Assembly: GCF_006345805.1 (NCBI RefSeq)
Contig: NC_043007.1
Coordinates: 74,214,001-74,278,000, forward strand
Source: Octopus sinensis
Taxonomy: Eukaryota
Reading direction: 5' to 3'
DNA: 64,000 bases
Shown here: piece after piece, positions 1 to 63,569 of the stretch
Numbering within the stretch: the stretch's first letter is position 1
Layout of the letters: every line of letters begins with the position of its first letter
The notes under the pieces: generated by a model
What the model saw: only the letters and a program-made list of their open reading frames with translations
Database searches by the model: none
Told to the model about the DNA's origin: nothing
Translations under genes and position numbers: made by a program

Positions 1-7
1 GGCACAG

Positions 8-1110
8 TATTGGATTATCCCATAAATAATGCAGTTTTTTTAATACTTTTATTTTTCAAAATTAAGATAAACAAATATACTCCCTCTCATTTTCTACAAT
101 GCTCTTCCATCTATCTGCTAGACTTGCCAGGCCCCTCTTCCAAAATTCCCTTGTCCAAGACACAAAATACTCCTCCAGTACTGTTCTAACCTCGTCTACA
201 GAGTTCATATTTTTTCCATCCAAATGTCTTTGAAGACTGCAGAATAAATGATAATCAGATGGAGAAATGTCTGGTGAATATAATGAGTGGCACATTGTTT
301 CCCATGCAAACTGTTCCAGCCTTTCGAATGTCATCCTCGCTGTATGTGGCTGAGCGCTATTCTGATGGAAGAATACCTTTCATTTTGAAACCAAACACAG
401 TCGTTTTTCTTCTAGTGCTGACTTAAGCTGCTCAAGCTACTCACAGTAGATCTCCTTTGTTATCATTTGGTTTGGGTTAAAAGTTTAAAGTGGACTAAAC
501 CTTTCATATCCCACCAAACAGATAACAACACCTTGCATGGATGAAGACCTTCTTTAGCCTGGGTTGCCAGTGTTTCTCCTTTCCTTACCCACTGCCTTCA
601 GTGCTTGACATTTTTATAGAGAACCCATTTCTCATCACTAGTCACTATTCAGTCCAAAACCAAATTCATGAGTTTAATTCATGAGATGTGACTGCAAGGA
701 AGAGCAGGCATTCACTCTCTGTGTGCGATTAGACTTGGAAAGTTTATGAGGAACCCATTGACCCAATTTCCTGACTTTTCTGACAGCATGCAGGTGTCAA
801 TGAATGGTTGAAGGACTAAATCCAAGCTTCTCAACAGGGTTTGCAGGACATCCGTGTCAAGTTCTACAGATCTTCTAGGATGAAGCTCATCTTCTAGGCT
901 ATAGTTTCCAGTTTGGAATTTCTGGAACCACTGTTGACACTGGCTTACACTTATTGTCTGATCCCCATATACAGCATTAATATTCCTCACTCTTTCCGTT
1001 GCATTGTTGCCTTTATTGAATTCATAAAGCAAAATATGCCAAATATGTTCCTTTGTCACTTCCATTATAGCTTTGAAAAAATAACTGTTAAAATCGAGCT
1101 GTACTGTCCA
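8..1110 (-). mobile_element. Decayed mariner (D34D) transposon
   Basis: ORF 712-1065 is the transposase N-terminus (HILLYEF..WFQKF..LED); ORF 62-334 carries YSPDISPSDYHLF; TIR-like end after TA at 8; middle disrupted; second TIR not found. Confidence 0.85.
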
Positions 1111-1522
1111 AAACTTGCACTATAATTAAGGACAGGGTAAAATTACTACCTGCTTTTATAGCAAGTTGATGCAGGTAGTTTATCCCATCCCCCTCTGCAT
1201 TGCTTAGAAAATATTTTTCATTTTAAACCTCGTATATAATACACACTAGGGGATTTTGACCTTTAAATTTTGCGAAAAAAATGCGGATTATACTCGAAGA
1301 TTTATGGTAAATGCAGAAGAGACATACATACATGCATAAAAAACATACTCTTACACATACTTATGTATATATCACACCTTAAAACCAGTAACAGTGTTTT
1401 TGTCTTTTCTCTATACTGCCATTTAAGCATTCAAACTTTCATATATTTTAAAGACTTATAGCAACTAATGACTCATTGCTGAGACTATAATGACTTATGC
1501 TGAGAAGTTTTATTACTTTTAG

Positions 1523-50301
<48,779 letters not shown>

Positions 50302-51059
50302 ATGACACACCACTGACAACAAATCAATGCCTAACACTGATTATCGGCCTTCACTGCCTCTCATTTTCTTTTTTATTTGCATTCATTGCCAACATTATTG
50401 CAGGAATGGTCGTTAGTTATCTTTAAAACATTAACATCCATTCTCTGTAAATATAGAACCACCATTTGTTAATTGAATGCAATTTTAATGCAATGAGGAC
50501 AAACATCCAAACGGCATTAGAACTTTTTATTGCCGCAGAACTGAAATACTGTACCGGAAGTGCCGACATATTCTAAAGAACAATTTTTTCCTAATTTTGG
50601 GAAACACATCGTTAGAATACTCATGAGCAAAATATCTTTAAAACGTAGTTATTAAAATTTCAACCCTTTCTATTACAACAAATTTTTTTACTACTACTAC
50701 TACTACTACTACTACTAATACTACAGACTCTACTACTATAAATACTACTAAAAATACACTACCACCACCACCACCAGATCTACTACTGCAAATGCTGTTG
50801 CCATCATCTGTTACTGGATATTAATATCCTACACATTTTCATTCTGATGGCCAGTAGGATCTCTCATCATCACTGTCATCACATTTATTTATTTATTTAT
50901 TTATTTATTTATTATTTAATTCAGTCAGATATGTTTTGATATATTCCTTAACTCCATTTTCTTTTCTCGAAAATATTAGTCCCTGGTTAACTCAAACAAT
51001 TGCTGTAACATTATTTTGCCAGAATCTCTCAAGGTTAGTTAATATTAACAGCTATAATG

Positions 51060-51131
<72 letters not shown>

Positions 51132-51224
51132 GTAAAAAAGAATTAAGGAAAAGTGGAGATGAAGTAAGACTAAGCTGTTAAATGATTATTATTATTGATG
51201 TCCACAATATTCAATTTTGTCTTT

Positions 51225-51230
51225 AATAAA
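51225..51230 (+). promoter_or_regulatory. Candidate polyadenylation signal of the NCKX gene
   Basis: AATAAA about 920 nt after the stop; the motif is common in AT-rich DNA, so weak. Confidence 0.3.
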
Positions 51231-51839
51231 AGCTATACTTTTACTTGTATGTAATTACTTGTATGTAATTACACACGCACATGCACACACACACACACAC
51301 ACTTATATATAAAAACAAATAAAACAGAGGCAAAGAGTTTTAATATTTCCATAGAGGTTACAGCTGTTTCATAATCCACTCAGAATTAAATCCTTAATTA
51401 CGTTGGGATTTAGCTATTTTGTGACCTTATAGCTGGGTCTTCAGCTAAAGTCATTTTGTTTTTTGTTTTTTTAAATTTTTATTTTACATTTAAAATATCT
51501 ATTGTTGAAACCTTAACTATGCTCTAGTTTTAAATTTTATATCAAAGACTTCTAAAAATAACGTGTTTATTGCAGTACATTCCCTTTGGAACAGTACTTT
51601 TCTAAGGATCTCTTCATGTTTCAAGACCTTCTCTAAATTTTCTATCTGAAATAATTGTAGAGGCAATTGTTATTGCTGTTTAAAATTTTACATTAGAAAC
51701 ATTGAAAATTTTGTTGTCTGTCTGCTTCCCTCATTTCTTATTATCAAATTTCAAATGTCCCAACCGTTGATATAAAATTTCTTACAGAAATAAATAAATA
51801 GATAAATAAATTAATTAATTAATAATAATGATGATGATG

Positions 51840-51889
<50 letters not shown>

Positions 51890-52407
51890 CCAAGATTATT
51901 TAAAAAATAATTCTGAGAAGGTCTTGAAATAAGAATGAACTTTGAATAATATACGATTCCAATGAAATATAAGGGATCATGAAAGAAATGTGATAAATTC
52001 TTTTTTTAAAACATAAAAAATGGAGCTTAGTCTTGCTTGAATAACAGACATATACATACACATATTTATATACATAAATACATTGTATTTGATACATCTT
52101 TATGGGCTATTTCTAATAAATGAAACACATGAGCTATGCCTATCCACTAATTAATTTATTCCCTAATTTTATCAAACTCGTCAAAGTGATATACTTTGCT
52201 TTCTTGGTACTCTTGTTTCGCTGAAGCATGGTATCACGGTAGGGTATCAAGTAGGATCTCAAGGAACAGTAGATAAGGTTTTAATGCAATTAATTCTAGA
52301 AGAAATTGATTAGTCAATTGCTATGGCTCTTGTGTTTTTATTTATAAATCAACAATATAACTGTACCAAAATACAGTGTGTATATGTCAACATATATGTA
52401 TGTTGTT

Positions 52408-52448
<41 letters not shown>

Positions 52449-52453
52449 TGAGT

Positions 52454-52491
<38 letters not shown>

Positions 52492-52794
52492 TGGTGGTAG
52501 TGGTGACTTAATGCCAATTAATGATATTTGAATACTACTGAATCAAACTCAAACACCTAAAATTCTACTAAATTTAATTTATTGTCCTTTTGTTGAAAAA
52601 TTGCTCAACAAAAGCAATGAAGCTTGTTATTTGGAAATCCAAAATTCCATCTTTTTTTCTTATCCAAAAATATGTGAGCATGCTGCTGTATTTCAACCAT
52701 TTTTGCTGACGTGCTTACCATGTAAATAAACAAACCAATATATCTCCTTTTTTAAACAATTTTTGCTGGATTTTATTTCTGCTTGGTTTTATAT

Positions 52795-52839
<45 letters not shown>

Positions 52840-53553
52840 TATATATAATATATATATATATACATACTGCACACACATGTACACACACACATGTGGCACA
52901 CTACACACACACGCACACACACTAGTCAATCAAATCCCAGCTTAGTCTGATTTTCAATAGAGTTTGTAAGCTTTTCAATCTGATGGAGCCTGTCAGAAAG
53001 CATTAAATGTTCTTTCACTACAATTGTCAAATGTGAAGCTCATTAGCTGTTTGTTAATGTTGATACTACCTGAAGATTGTTATAAAACATGAAAGTACTT
53101 GTAATATGTAATATTGTAAAAATGCATTAATAATATTTGAAATAGGACAATGTTGGAATCTGATTGACTGATATATTTATCTATACACAATTTTATAAAA
53201 CCCTGATATATATATGTATGTATATATAGTGTGTGAATACAAAGGTTCAATACCTCACAGTAACCAGTAGTTTAACATCTGAGCCCTATACAAGGGATTC
53301 TTTGGACAAGTCAGTTTAAAGCACCCTTACTAAAGATCAAACCACGGATCAGTGTAAGGCATAAAATCTACCAGTTTCCACTATACATTTCTACTCTACA
53401 AATAACCTATTTGAGTTTTCTTTCTCTCTCTCACTCCCCCTCTCCTCTTAGGGATAGTAGTACCAAGTACAACCTATCCGCTGTTATACAAGTGTGTGTG
53501 TGTGTGTGTTTGTGTGTGTATTTATTCATTTAACTTTATACTTGTGTATATGC

Positions 53554-53606
<53 letters not shown>

Positions 53607-53630
53607 CATACATATTTATTTGTACATGTG

Positions 53631-53665
<35 letters not shown>

Positions 53666-53781
53666 ATTTAGATTAATGCATGTGTATAAATATAAATATA
53701 TATAGGCATTTTAATTTATGCATGTGTATATACATGTATATATGCATGTGTATATATATATATATCGATATGTGTGTGTGT

Positions 53782-53820
<39 letters not shown>

Positions 53821-54486
53821 ATGGCAAATGAAAGACAGAAGATGGAATATATGAGAATTCACAACAATTGTTTCAACTATTCGTTTTATTATCCAATATA
53901 TATATATGTATATATACATATATATTTATAGATGTGCACATACGTATATGTATGTGTGTGTTTGTGTGTGTTTGTATGTGTGTGTGTGTGTGCGTGTGTG
54001 TGCAGTACAACTGGACTTACTTTTTGTTACTTCCTATAAAGTATTTATAGCTTACTATCCTTATTTCTTATAGTTAAGTATTTTATTGCATCCATTTTCA
54101 ACCCATACTTTACTCAGTGTCACAACTCTATTATTAAAATCAATGTCAAATGTTTTATATATTATGCTGTTAGCTTCTGATGCATCCTAGCTAACTGTCT
54201 TGCCTAATATTAAATGACAACACTCTCAGCTCAGCTGTTTGCTGTCACTGGTGATATAAGATGTTGTTGGTGATGTAAAGTCAATCTGATCACATTTTGC
54301 CGTTTGCTTGTCTATAGAACACTTGATGTATATAATGTGTCAAAGGGCTTTATCTATATCTTAGTATATTAAACTCAAAAGATTTCATCATCTTGCACAC
54401 ACACACACACACACACACATAAACATGTTGATAAATTCACATATACCTACATACATGTATGTATATGTGTATGTATGTTTGCATGC

Positions 54487-54520
<34 letters not shown>

Positions 54521-54570
54521 TGTGTGTGTGTGTGTGTGTGTGTATACATACATATTTATTTGTACATGTG

Positions 54571-54627
<57 letters not shown>

Positions 54628-54654
54628 ATACATACATATTTATTTGTACATGTG

Positions 54655-54743
<89 letters not shown>

Positions 54744-56690
54744 GTGTGTGTGTGCATGCATTTGCATGAGATATTATAAAATGAGAGAGATGGGGTGGGG
54801 TTATAAAGAGAGAAAGAATTAAGACAATGGGTGCTAGGTAGTTCATATTTACCACATTCCCTAGTAAATACCCTCAGGTATTTACATATATTTACATATA
54901 TTTACTGAAAATGCCAATTAATTCAGTTATGAATAAACTGTTAAAATTGTCTGTGACAAATCATTTTTTTTTTTTCCTTTTATATTTTGTTTTTCTTTTT
55001 ACTCTGAACATAATTGTTTGCCCCTTTGCATCTTATTTATCTCAATTTACAAGTCCTTTTCTATTTATAAGTCATTTTGATTGATTTTTGGTGCTTCATA
55101 GTGAACAAAAACAACAAACAGCTATTTTCTAGCTAAGCTTTTTTTCCTTGTTTCCATGTTTTGTAAGCAAATACAAAAAAAAAGAAAGAAAAAAGATAAA
55201 AACTGGTAACAAACGCTGCTACCAATTAGCTGAGGTCACTAACAAAACATATTTGTAATCAATATATTAAACAATTAATTTGCAGGTAATTAAGCAAGGA
55301 TTGACTAAAGAATTTTCTATATTTTTTAACTGGGCGTGGACATGTGTGTATTTATTGTTCCAGATAGTTAAATCGCTCTATAAAATAATAAATATCAATT
55401 GATGTACATATGTAAACAGCTTGTTTTCTCTCTCAATGGATATGGTTTGCTCCCTACCAGGGTCATTATGTCACCCTTTAGACAGACATAAAACACCATA
55501 TAATTTCAACACCTTTGTTTTTCTGAAATGCAGAGTAATTGCTCAAGTAGTTTCTAGATTATTCACCTCATTTTTCCTATTGCAATTTTTATTAGTATGT
55601 TTTCATTAGTCAATATACAAATCATATCATTCGGTTTCCATTCTAGACAAAGAACTGCAGTGGAACCTCAGGAAAATCAAAGAGGCAGAACATATAAAAT
55701 GAGATTAGAGTCAGTGACTGCTGGAATTCATAATCAACTTCCTTGACAAAATAAATCAATCAATAAATTTTACTATTATTTACAAAATTTTGAACCAATT
55801 AGTAATTCTAAAATTTACTGACATTTTTTCAACTGAATTCTTAAATTAAAACACAAAATAACTGAATTAAATTAATTCTAATAGCACTCAACTTCAATAT
55901 TAAATTTTATTTTTCCACAATTAGATCAATAGAGATTTAGCCTAAATTTCTGGAGAGCACAGTTTTAATACCAAGCATGAAACTGTTTTCTTTTTCATAA
56001 GCAAATAAAAGCAGAGAAAATTAGTAACAAAAAGGTTCAAACTATTTACTCAAACATATTCTTCAACAGAATGTTCATGAAGCCAGCTGCTACATCAACC
56101 AATTGTCATATTCTTTGGCATTTTTCAACTTACATTTAAAAACTTATTAGATAAATATTTCTTTTTAGCTAGGAAGTGTATTTACAATCATGTATTTTCC
56201 TCATTTCCGAATGACATTTAAATGATGGTAAATTACCTGAAAAAAAAATTAAATTGATAAATACTATACAATCTGAAAACCTATTCAATGAATTCAGTGA
56301 AGATTTTAAATGAGATATAGATACCATTATATGAGAATATATAGTTTAAATATCACCAAATCTGTAAAGAAATTATTTATTATACAATAACAAAGAACTG
56401 AAACCATATAATGTAATTATGATTGAAAAATGTGTACCACTCAGCTAAGAGATATGATCATATATATATAAGAACAGGAGACATGCAGAATGATTACACC
56501 ATTTGGAATAGAGTTGAGAAAAATTTGAGGGTAAAAGTTGGGTAATCTTGGTCGTATGTATTCAATAGCCGTCTTTTTAGTTACAAACCTAGAACATTAC
56601 TCAAGTATAATGAATAAATATCAGGAGATTGTGTGCTTGCATGTATAGACAAATGTATATTATCTAATATGTTTTATATATGTATGTATG

Positions 56691-56731
<41 letters not shown>

Positions 56732-56807
56732 TATATATATGTACATATGAAACATGCATGTATGTATATATATAATATATACATGGATATATATTTATAT
56801 ATATATA

Positions 56808-56859
<52 letters not shown>

Positions 56860-59159
56860 GTGTGGGTGTGTGTGTTTACATCTGCATATTTATGTATATT
56901 GTTTATATATACACACACACATTGCATACGTATCAGTTTGTGTGTAAATTTATGTATACTCAAATATTAAGGACTGACTTCTGCAATTTTTCCATGTTGA
57001 TTTGAAAACGCTACTCTATAATTTGAACTATGAGTCTATGTTAACTATGTGTTACTTTTTATTATTTTTGTTTCTCTACTCCAGACTTTGCCAACTCAGA
57101 ATTGTACCCCTCTCTTTTCCCCCTGTACCGTCCACTATGTTCCAAGTAATTTCTGTATTCCTATTAAATTACAATGACAATAGATAATTTACTTAGAGAA
57201 ATGTAGGTATAACCACTATTCATCATTAATCAATGAATACTTTTGTTTAAACTCCCAAAAAGTTGAAACCGGTGTAAGAATATGTCACACAGCCCATATC
57301 TTTCTTTACAAATCATCTCCTACATGCAGCTGTTTATACAATTTTATCTCCATTTTTTTTTCTTTTTTGAAATCTATTTCTTTATTAATTAAATTTACTT
57401 CCAAGTTACTAATTACTAACAATGTCTCACTTTATCTCTAAAATGTGTTAATTAAATACTTTTATTACTCAAACTTTTAAGCATGTTAACAAATTTTTCT
57501 CAAGAATTATATACTAAGAGGAAACTAAAGCAAACTATAATCAATACTCAATAGCATAGATGGTTAATCTATATGATATTTAATTGATGACTGTAGTTGT
57601 AATAACTTGAAATATTTCTATAACTACTAGCACTTCCAACATCATCTACTACTCCTAATACTTACTACATAATAAAGATAATAATAATGATAATAACAAC
57701 AACAACAACAACAATAATATTAATAATAATAATATCAATAATAACAGCATTAATAAATTTACTTGTCTCTTTTGAGCATGTACGTATTGATGAGAGACTG
57801 AATTATTGAACAGTAATAAGTGAATGTATGTCAATTGATATGCTCAATGAACCGTGTTAGATTACATTTTCTATATGTTTCATACCAGAAAACAAATGTC
57901 TTTTCTCACACAACAAATTTGCTACATTGATAACGGTTTGCTACATTGATAACGCGTGGGTATAACAATGTTGACAAGATGATCGGAAATTGCTCAGTCT
58001 GTTTACAATGTACTTTGCATGGAATCCATTTTATCAAATGTAAATGTGAGATATTACTAAGATTTTGTATTATTCTATTTTCCTCGCCTTTATCCAAATT
58101 TTTCAATTACATACAACATATATATATACATATATATACATATTGAGTTTGATATGAAAATTTACAATCCTGCTTCAATATTTTATTCTTCAATTCCCAT
58201 TTATTTTTCACAGATATTTTCAAAGTAATTTGAACTTTTAGTTTCAAATTACCAAAAAACACAAAACAAAGTTTTGGAAATTTTGCTTTCTGTGAAAATG
58301 TTTCCTTGCCAACATTTCTCAGCATTTATTAATGAATCTGTTTGTAACTAACAATAACAATGAACTAAATTAATTTTGAAGCTTATTCAACTCAGCTATT
58401 ACAATACAATTTGTTTTATCTTTCTCAGAACTGCAAAAATAAAATGTGAAAATATATTATTTTTATTCAAAATGTTGGAATTTTTAAAACTTGTTGAAAC
58501 TGTTTTAAAACCGTTATTTCTTTGTAAATTTATTTGAAGAAATTTTTCCTTCAAAACTGATCTTTGAGAAATTTTACTAAACCTTTTTCCTAAGACGGCA
58601 GCTAGGTGTCTAAATTTGAGCTGTTTCGCTCATAGCCAAATGACGCTGGTAAAGTCTATTTCTTGTAATATTGTATACTAAGGAGAGGAAGATCTAGTCT
58701 CCACTTAATAGTCGCTATATTGTGGTAATAAAGATTGAAAATTTGAATTTTTTTCTTTTTCATTAGCTTTTAATGTAGTTGTAATTTTTTTTATTTTTTG
58801 AAAAAGAATAGTATAAAATTACATTTTTTAATCATTATATGCTACAGAAGCAATATTAGTCGATTAAAATTGCCATTTATGAATCATAATTAATGTAAAC
58901 AATTCACAAAAGGCAAATCAGGTGTATTTGTCCAGAGATAATATCTCTTCTGGACTGACTGTGTTTAGAAACATGAATATATTACACAGGCAAATAGGTG
59001 GCTGTGTAAAGGCACAGGCATGGCTATGTAGTAAGAAGCTTGCTTCCCAACCTCATGGTTCTGGGTTCAGTTCTACTGCGCGGCACCTTGGGAAAGTGTC
59101 TTCTACTATAGCCTAAGGTCTTGTGAGTGGATATGGTAGACAGAAACTGAAAGAAGTCC

Positions 59160-59192
<33 letters not shown>

Positions 59193-60139
59193 ATGTATAT
59201 GTGTACATGTGTGTGTGTGTATATGTCCTCCACCACTGCTAGACAACTGGTGTTGGTGTGTTTATATCCCTGTAACTTAGCAGCTCTGCAAAAAAGACTG
59301 ATAGCAGTACCAGGATTAAAATAAAATAAGCATTCAACTAACATTCTCCTAATGGCTGAAACAAGTAAAAGATAAATAATTAGTAACAGATGAAAATCAT
59401 TCAGTAAGAACAAGGAGAATGCGTGATATGTATTTCTGCATCATTGAACCTCGTCAGTAGCATGTAATCACTAGCAGTTGCATGCTAAGACAAAATCCAT
59501 TGCTAATTAACATTCTCACCTCCACTGCTGGATGATTTCCATCTAATACTGATATATTTGTATTTTTAAATGCAGTAAATCCATGCCTTTTACTTGTTTT
59601 AGTGACATTAGACTGCAGTCACGCTGGAGCACTGTGACAAACACAGACACAAAGACCCATATACATAGATATATACATATATGATGGGCTTCTTTTAATT
59701 TCCATCTGCCAAATCCACTTACAAGACTTTGGTCGGCCCGAGGCTATAGTAGAAGACACTTGCCCAAGGTGCCATACAGTGGGACTGAACCCAGAACCAT
59801 GTGGCTGGGAAGCAAGCATCTTACCACAGTCAAACCTATGCCTCTATACAGCTTTGCCTGCATCTAAGAGATATCTCTGGGCAAAATGCTTTTTTACCTT
59901 TTTGTGATATATTAGCATTAAGTATGATTAACAGGTGGTTTTTTTAGTGTTCCTGTTGCATGTGATTTATTTTTATCCAGCTGGGCTGCTAATTGCAACA
60001 TCAGAGATATTTTTCAATCTTCTCTTGCAGACATATCTCTGGATTGCTGATAACGTCAAGCTTATCAGGCCTATTGATAATAACATATATGAACCAGTAA
60101 AACACAGGGCACTTGATATCTGTCATTCCTGTGGTTTTT

Positions 60140-61200
60140 CACAAGGTATGAGGATGGCATCCTTATTTTTACATCCTCTTATGACAAGGCCATTAAAATA
60201 TATAGTATATATTCAATAATATTGATGTTCATCAAAAATTTCAAGTGGAGCACCCTGATAACATCAGTTCCTTAGCTCTGCTTGATTTTGAACTCAAAAT
60301 TGCAGAGAATGAACTTATCTTCACTAATTTTTACAAAAATGTGACATGTAGGGATCTATTTGTAGATTATGATTTATTGCTACCCATCAGAGCTAAAATG
60401 GCCTACATTATAGTTTATTGCTATTCATAAGAGCTAAGATGGCCTGCACAGTAAATGTAATGGCGCAGGAAGCAAAAGGACCAACATCATACAATTCAGA
60501 AAAGTCCTTATAGAAAATGACTACCTAAATTCTTGCACCAAATGTCAGGACATCACCAGACCTCACAAACAGATATAACAAAATCCACACATCCAGGGGT
60601 AACATGTATTTTTTTTTAAACTGTCACACTTTAACAAAGGAAAAAAAAACTGCTGCAGTCTATCAGGCAATTGACCATGTGTACATTACTCGACTGTATG
60701 ATCAATGGTGAATATATATGTCTGCAATCCTACATGGTGTGTAAATATAATGAATACTACATTGAAAGTATCATCAGACAAGTACACATTCAGGTTAAAC
60801 AACAGCTCTATTCTAAAAACACTTCTATTCTAAAGAACATCTCTATGTTAATGAACACCTCTATGCTAACACTTCTTCCATGAAAGAAACACCATGGAAA
60901 TGTCACACCCAAGAACCAAGACAACCAAGTTTCCATTGAAGGCACAGAACAAAACTTTGGGAATCTGAGAATTAAAGGGGCCATCATAATTAGTAAGACC
61001 AACCCAACATATTAAAAGCAGAACCAAAATGCATGTAGCTGGTTGGCTACTACAACAGTGCTACCTTGTGCATGCAAAGCAACCCTTCATATACACATGC
61101 TGCAGAACAGAGAAGTCAGCTCATAATGCCATTTCTCCAAAGATTTCCCAAAGAAGGAGTCCTAAATGTGAAATATTGTAATAGAAATTAAAAGTACAAG
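60140..61200 (+). mobile_element. Heavily decayed Penelope-like element (RT C-terminus plus GIY-YIG remnant)
   Basis: EHPDNISSLALLDF..FY.N....LFV; CMINGEYICL..YYIES..RQVHIQVKQ. Confidence 0.6.
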
Positions 61201-61699
61201 CCTGTGACTTGTATTATTTCTTATAACTTGCATTTTTTTGGCACAAAAAAAAATTTAAAACATATATATATATACTTTTTTTGCAAGCATGGCTGTGTGG
61301 TAAGAAGCTTGCTTTGCAGCCATGTGGTTTTGAGTTCAATCCTACTGTGCAGCATCTTTGGCAAGTGTCTTCTACTATAGTCCCAGGTAGACCAATGCTT
61401 TGTGAGAAAATCTGGTTGATGGAAACTATGTGGAAGCCCATTATGTGTGTGTGTGTGCACGTGCGTGCATTCATTTTTGTACTTGTCGCCCACACTAGCA
61501 CTTCACAACTGGTGTTGGGATGTTTACATCCCCATAGCTTAGCAGTTTGGCAAAAGAGACCAATAGAATATGTGCCAGACTTAAAGAATAACTACTGGGG
61601 TCAATTTGTTTGATGAAACTCTTCAAGATGATGCCCAGCATGGCTGCAGTTCAGTAACTGAAACAAGTAAACGCATACTTGTGTGTGTGTGTGTGTGTG

Positions 61700-61737
<38 letters not shown>

Positions 61738-61739
<2 letters not shown>

Positions 61740-63569
61740 ATAAAACGGTAAGATAACAAAAGAAAGAAAGAGACCTCAATATTATGTAAATAGAGGAAAT
61801 TTATCTATACAATATGTTACATTACTCGGTAGTCAAGATAAAACTCTGAGTTTCAGATGCCGAAGTGGAAATCCACAACACCATCTCTTCGGTTATCTGG
61901 CTATTTGAAAACGTTATGAAAAAATACCGTTAAATAAAGGGAAATTACTCTGTTATAACTCTGCTTGCCTGCGTACTTATACATCGCTCGCATTTTTCGT
62001 CATAAAAATTATATAAAAATACATAAAAAATATATAAAAAATATATAAAAATATATAAATTCTTCTTGGGACATAACATAGAAAGCATGTTCTATCTGTT
62101 TTCTTTAGGGGACCAAAAACGTAACAGAAACTTAGTCACATGTGGGCATGATCCGAAGAGCTCTGTCCTTGTATTTAGACATGTAGTAGGGTCTAAGCTG
62201 CTTTTCCAGATAAGCCATCTCTCCATGTCGCATAGACCACACCTTCCGCTGCCGTTAGTATAGGGCTTACATCTGGCCAAAATCTTCCATTGTATGTTAT
62301 AATCGACACCTTTATCTCTTAAAGACCAAATATGATTAGACAATTGTGTCGCTTTTCTTTTGTTCCAGTGCCTAAAGCTCAAAGTGTGGTTATTGAACCT
62401 GGCCTTGAAATTACCCTCTGTAAGGCCCACGTATTTCTTTGTCGAAACGGTGTCTTTAGTGGTTATAGAGTTTACGGTAGCTTCATATATGATGGTCTTG
62501 GACATGCAAGCTCCATTTAGCGGGCACAATTCTTTATTCCTGCATGAACAGCTGTTTTCTTCTTGTGTTTTTTGTATGTTATGTTTGATTATGTTTTTAA
62601 AATTGGTAGTTGAACTAAAGCTAATTTTTAAATTGTGTCTATTGAAGAGTTTCCTATAAGTATGGTTAACTGGAAAATGTCTATCTATCAGTGCTAGGAA
62701 ATATTTACCTATATTGAAGGCCACCTCGGGTGAATAAGGGGGCGTAAACCAGATGACCTTCCTATTTCTATTATTCCTTTTCTTTACTGTTGGGCTAGTG
62801 ATAGGTGTATATTTTATTTTATCGCTAAAACCACTATCTTTTAAAGCCTTATTATAAACTGGGGCAACGCTATTGAAGGTGTCCTCATCAGATGAGAGGC
62901 TAGAAATCCTCTTACTAATATTTTTAACTAAATTTTTGAATACTATAGGGGGATGGCATGAACCTACATTAATATAACTTAGTCTATCATTGGGTTTCCT
63001 ATAAGGCTTATAAATATTCTTATTAAGATCTAAGGAAACGTCTAAGAAATTGACAACCGTCAAGTTAGTATCTATAGTTATACTAAGTCCGAAGTGCTTC
63101 ATTAACTGGATAAGATCCTTCCTAAAACGATCTTGTGCTGGTCCATTTGTATTAGCTGTTAAGGCGAGGGCATCATCTTTGTAGATGGCGAAATGTACGT
63201 TAGGGAATGTCTTACCTAAGGTATCTAGGAGAAAAAGTCCAATTAGATCACAGATGCCTGCCCCATCATATGAACCCATGCTCACATCGAAAGCGCCCTC
63301 TGTGTCGGTGTTTTTTACCCACTTTGCGTCCTCACTGAAAAGTAAGGTCTTTCTAGCATGGAAGATTATTTCCTTATCATTGGTACTAATTTCTATGAAG
63401 TCACTAGCGAAGATGAGGGCTTTATCTAGCAGTTCTTTAGAGATAGAGGCATAAAAATCAACAATATTAATTGTGTAAACCTCGCTTTTTTCTTATTCTT
63501 AATAGCTTTAAACCAGTCTACGACTTCTATACTATTGGACCATTGTACTAGCCTAGTATCGGTCTTAAT
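61738..63569 (-). mobile_element. Penelope-like element, 5'-truncated, young
   Basis: ORF 62092-63285: MGSYDG, IYKDD, FLDV, YRKP, GIY-YIG (IIYEA..YVGLTEGNFKARFNNH); upstream RT (IVDFYASI) needs a frameshift near 63470; the 3' repeat ends at (TA)n near 61737. Confidence 0.93.
61836..61898 (-). ncRNA. Variant minimal hammerhead in the Penelope 3' repeat
   Basis: AGAUAA-CCGAAGA-GAUG-[22 nt]-CAUC-U-GAAA-CUC-A-GAG-UU^UUAUCU; U4C variant, GUU site. Confidence 0.7.

Noticed and set aside
51500-59000. Second protein-coding gene downstream of NCKX
   Set aside because: No exon chain with consistent splice phases or recognisable protein motifs was found; the region is AT-rich and microsatellite-rich.
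61143-61189. Possible hammerhead remnant at the 3' end of the decayed Penelope element
   Set aside because: The core reads CCAAAGA and the stems are broken; too degraded to call.
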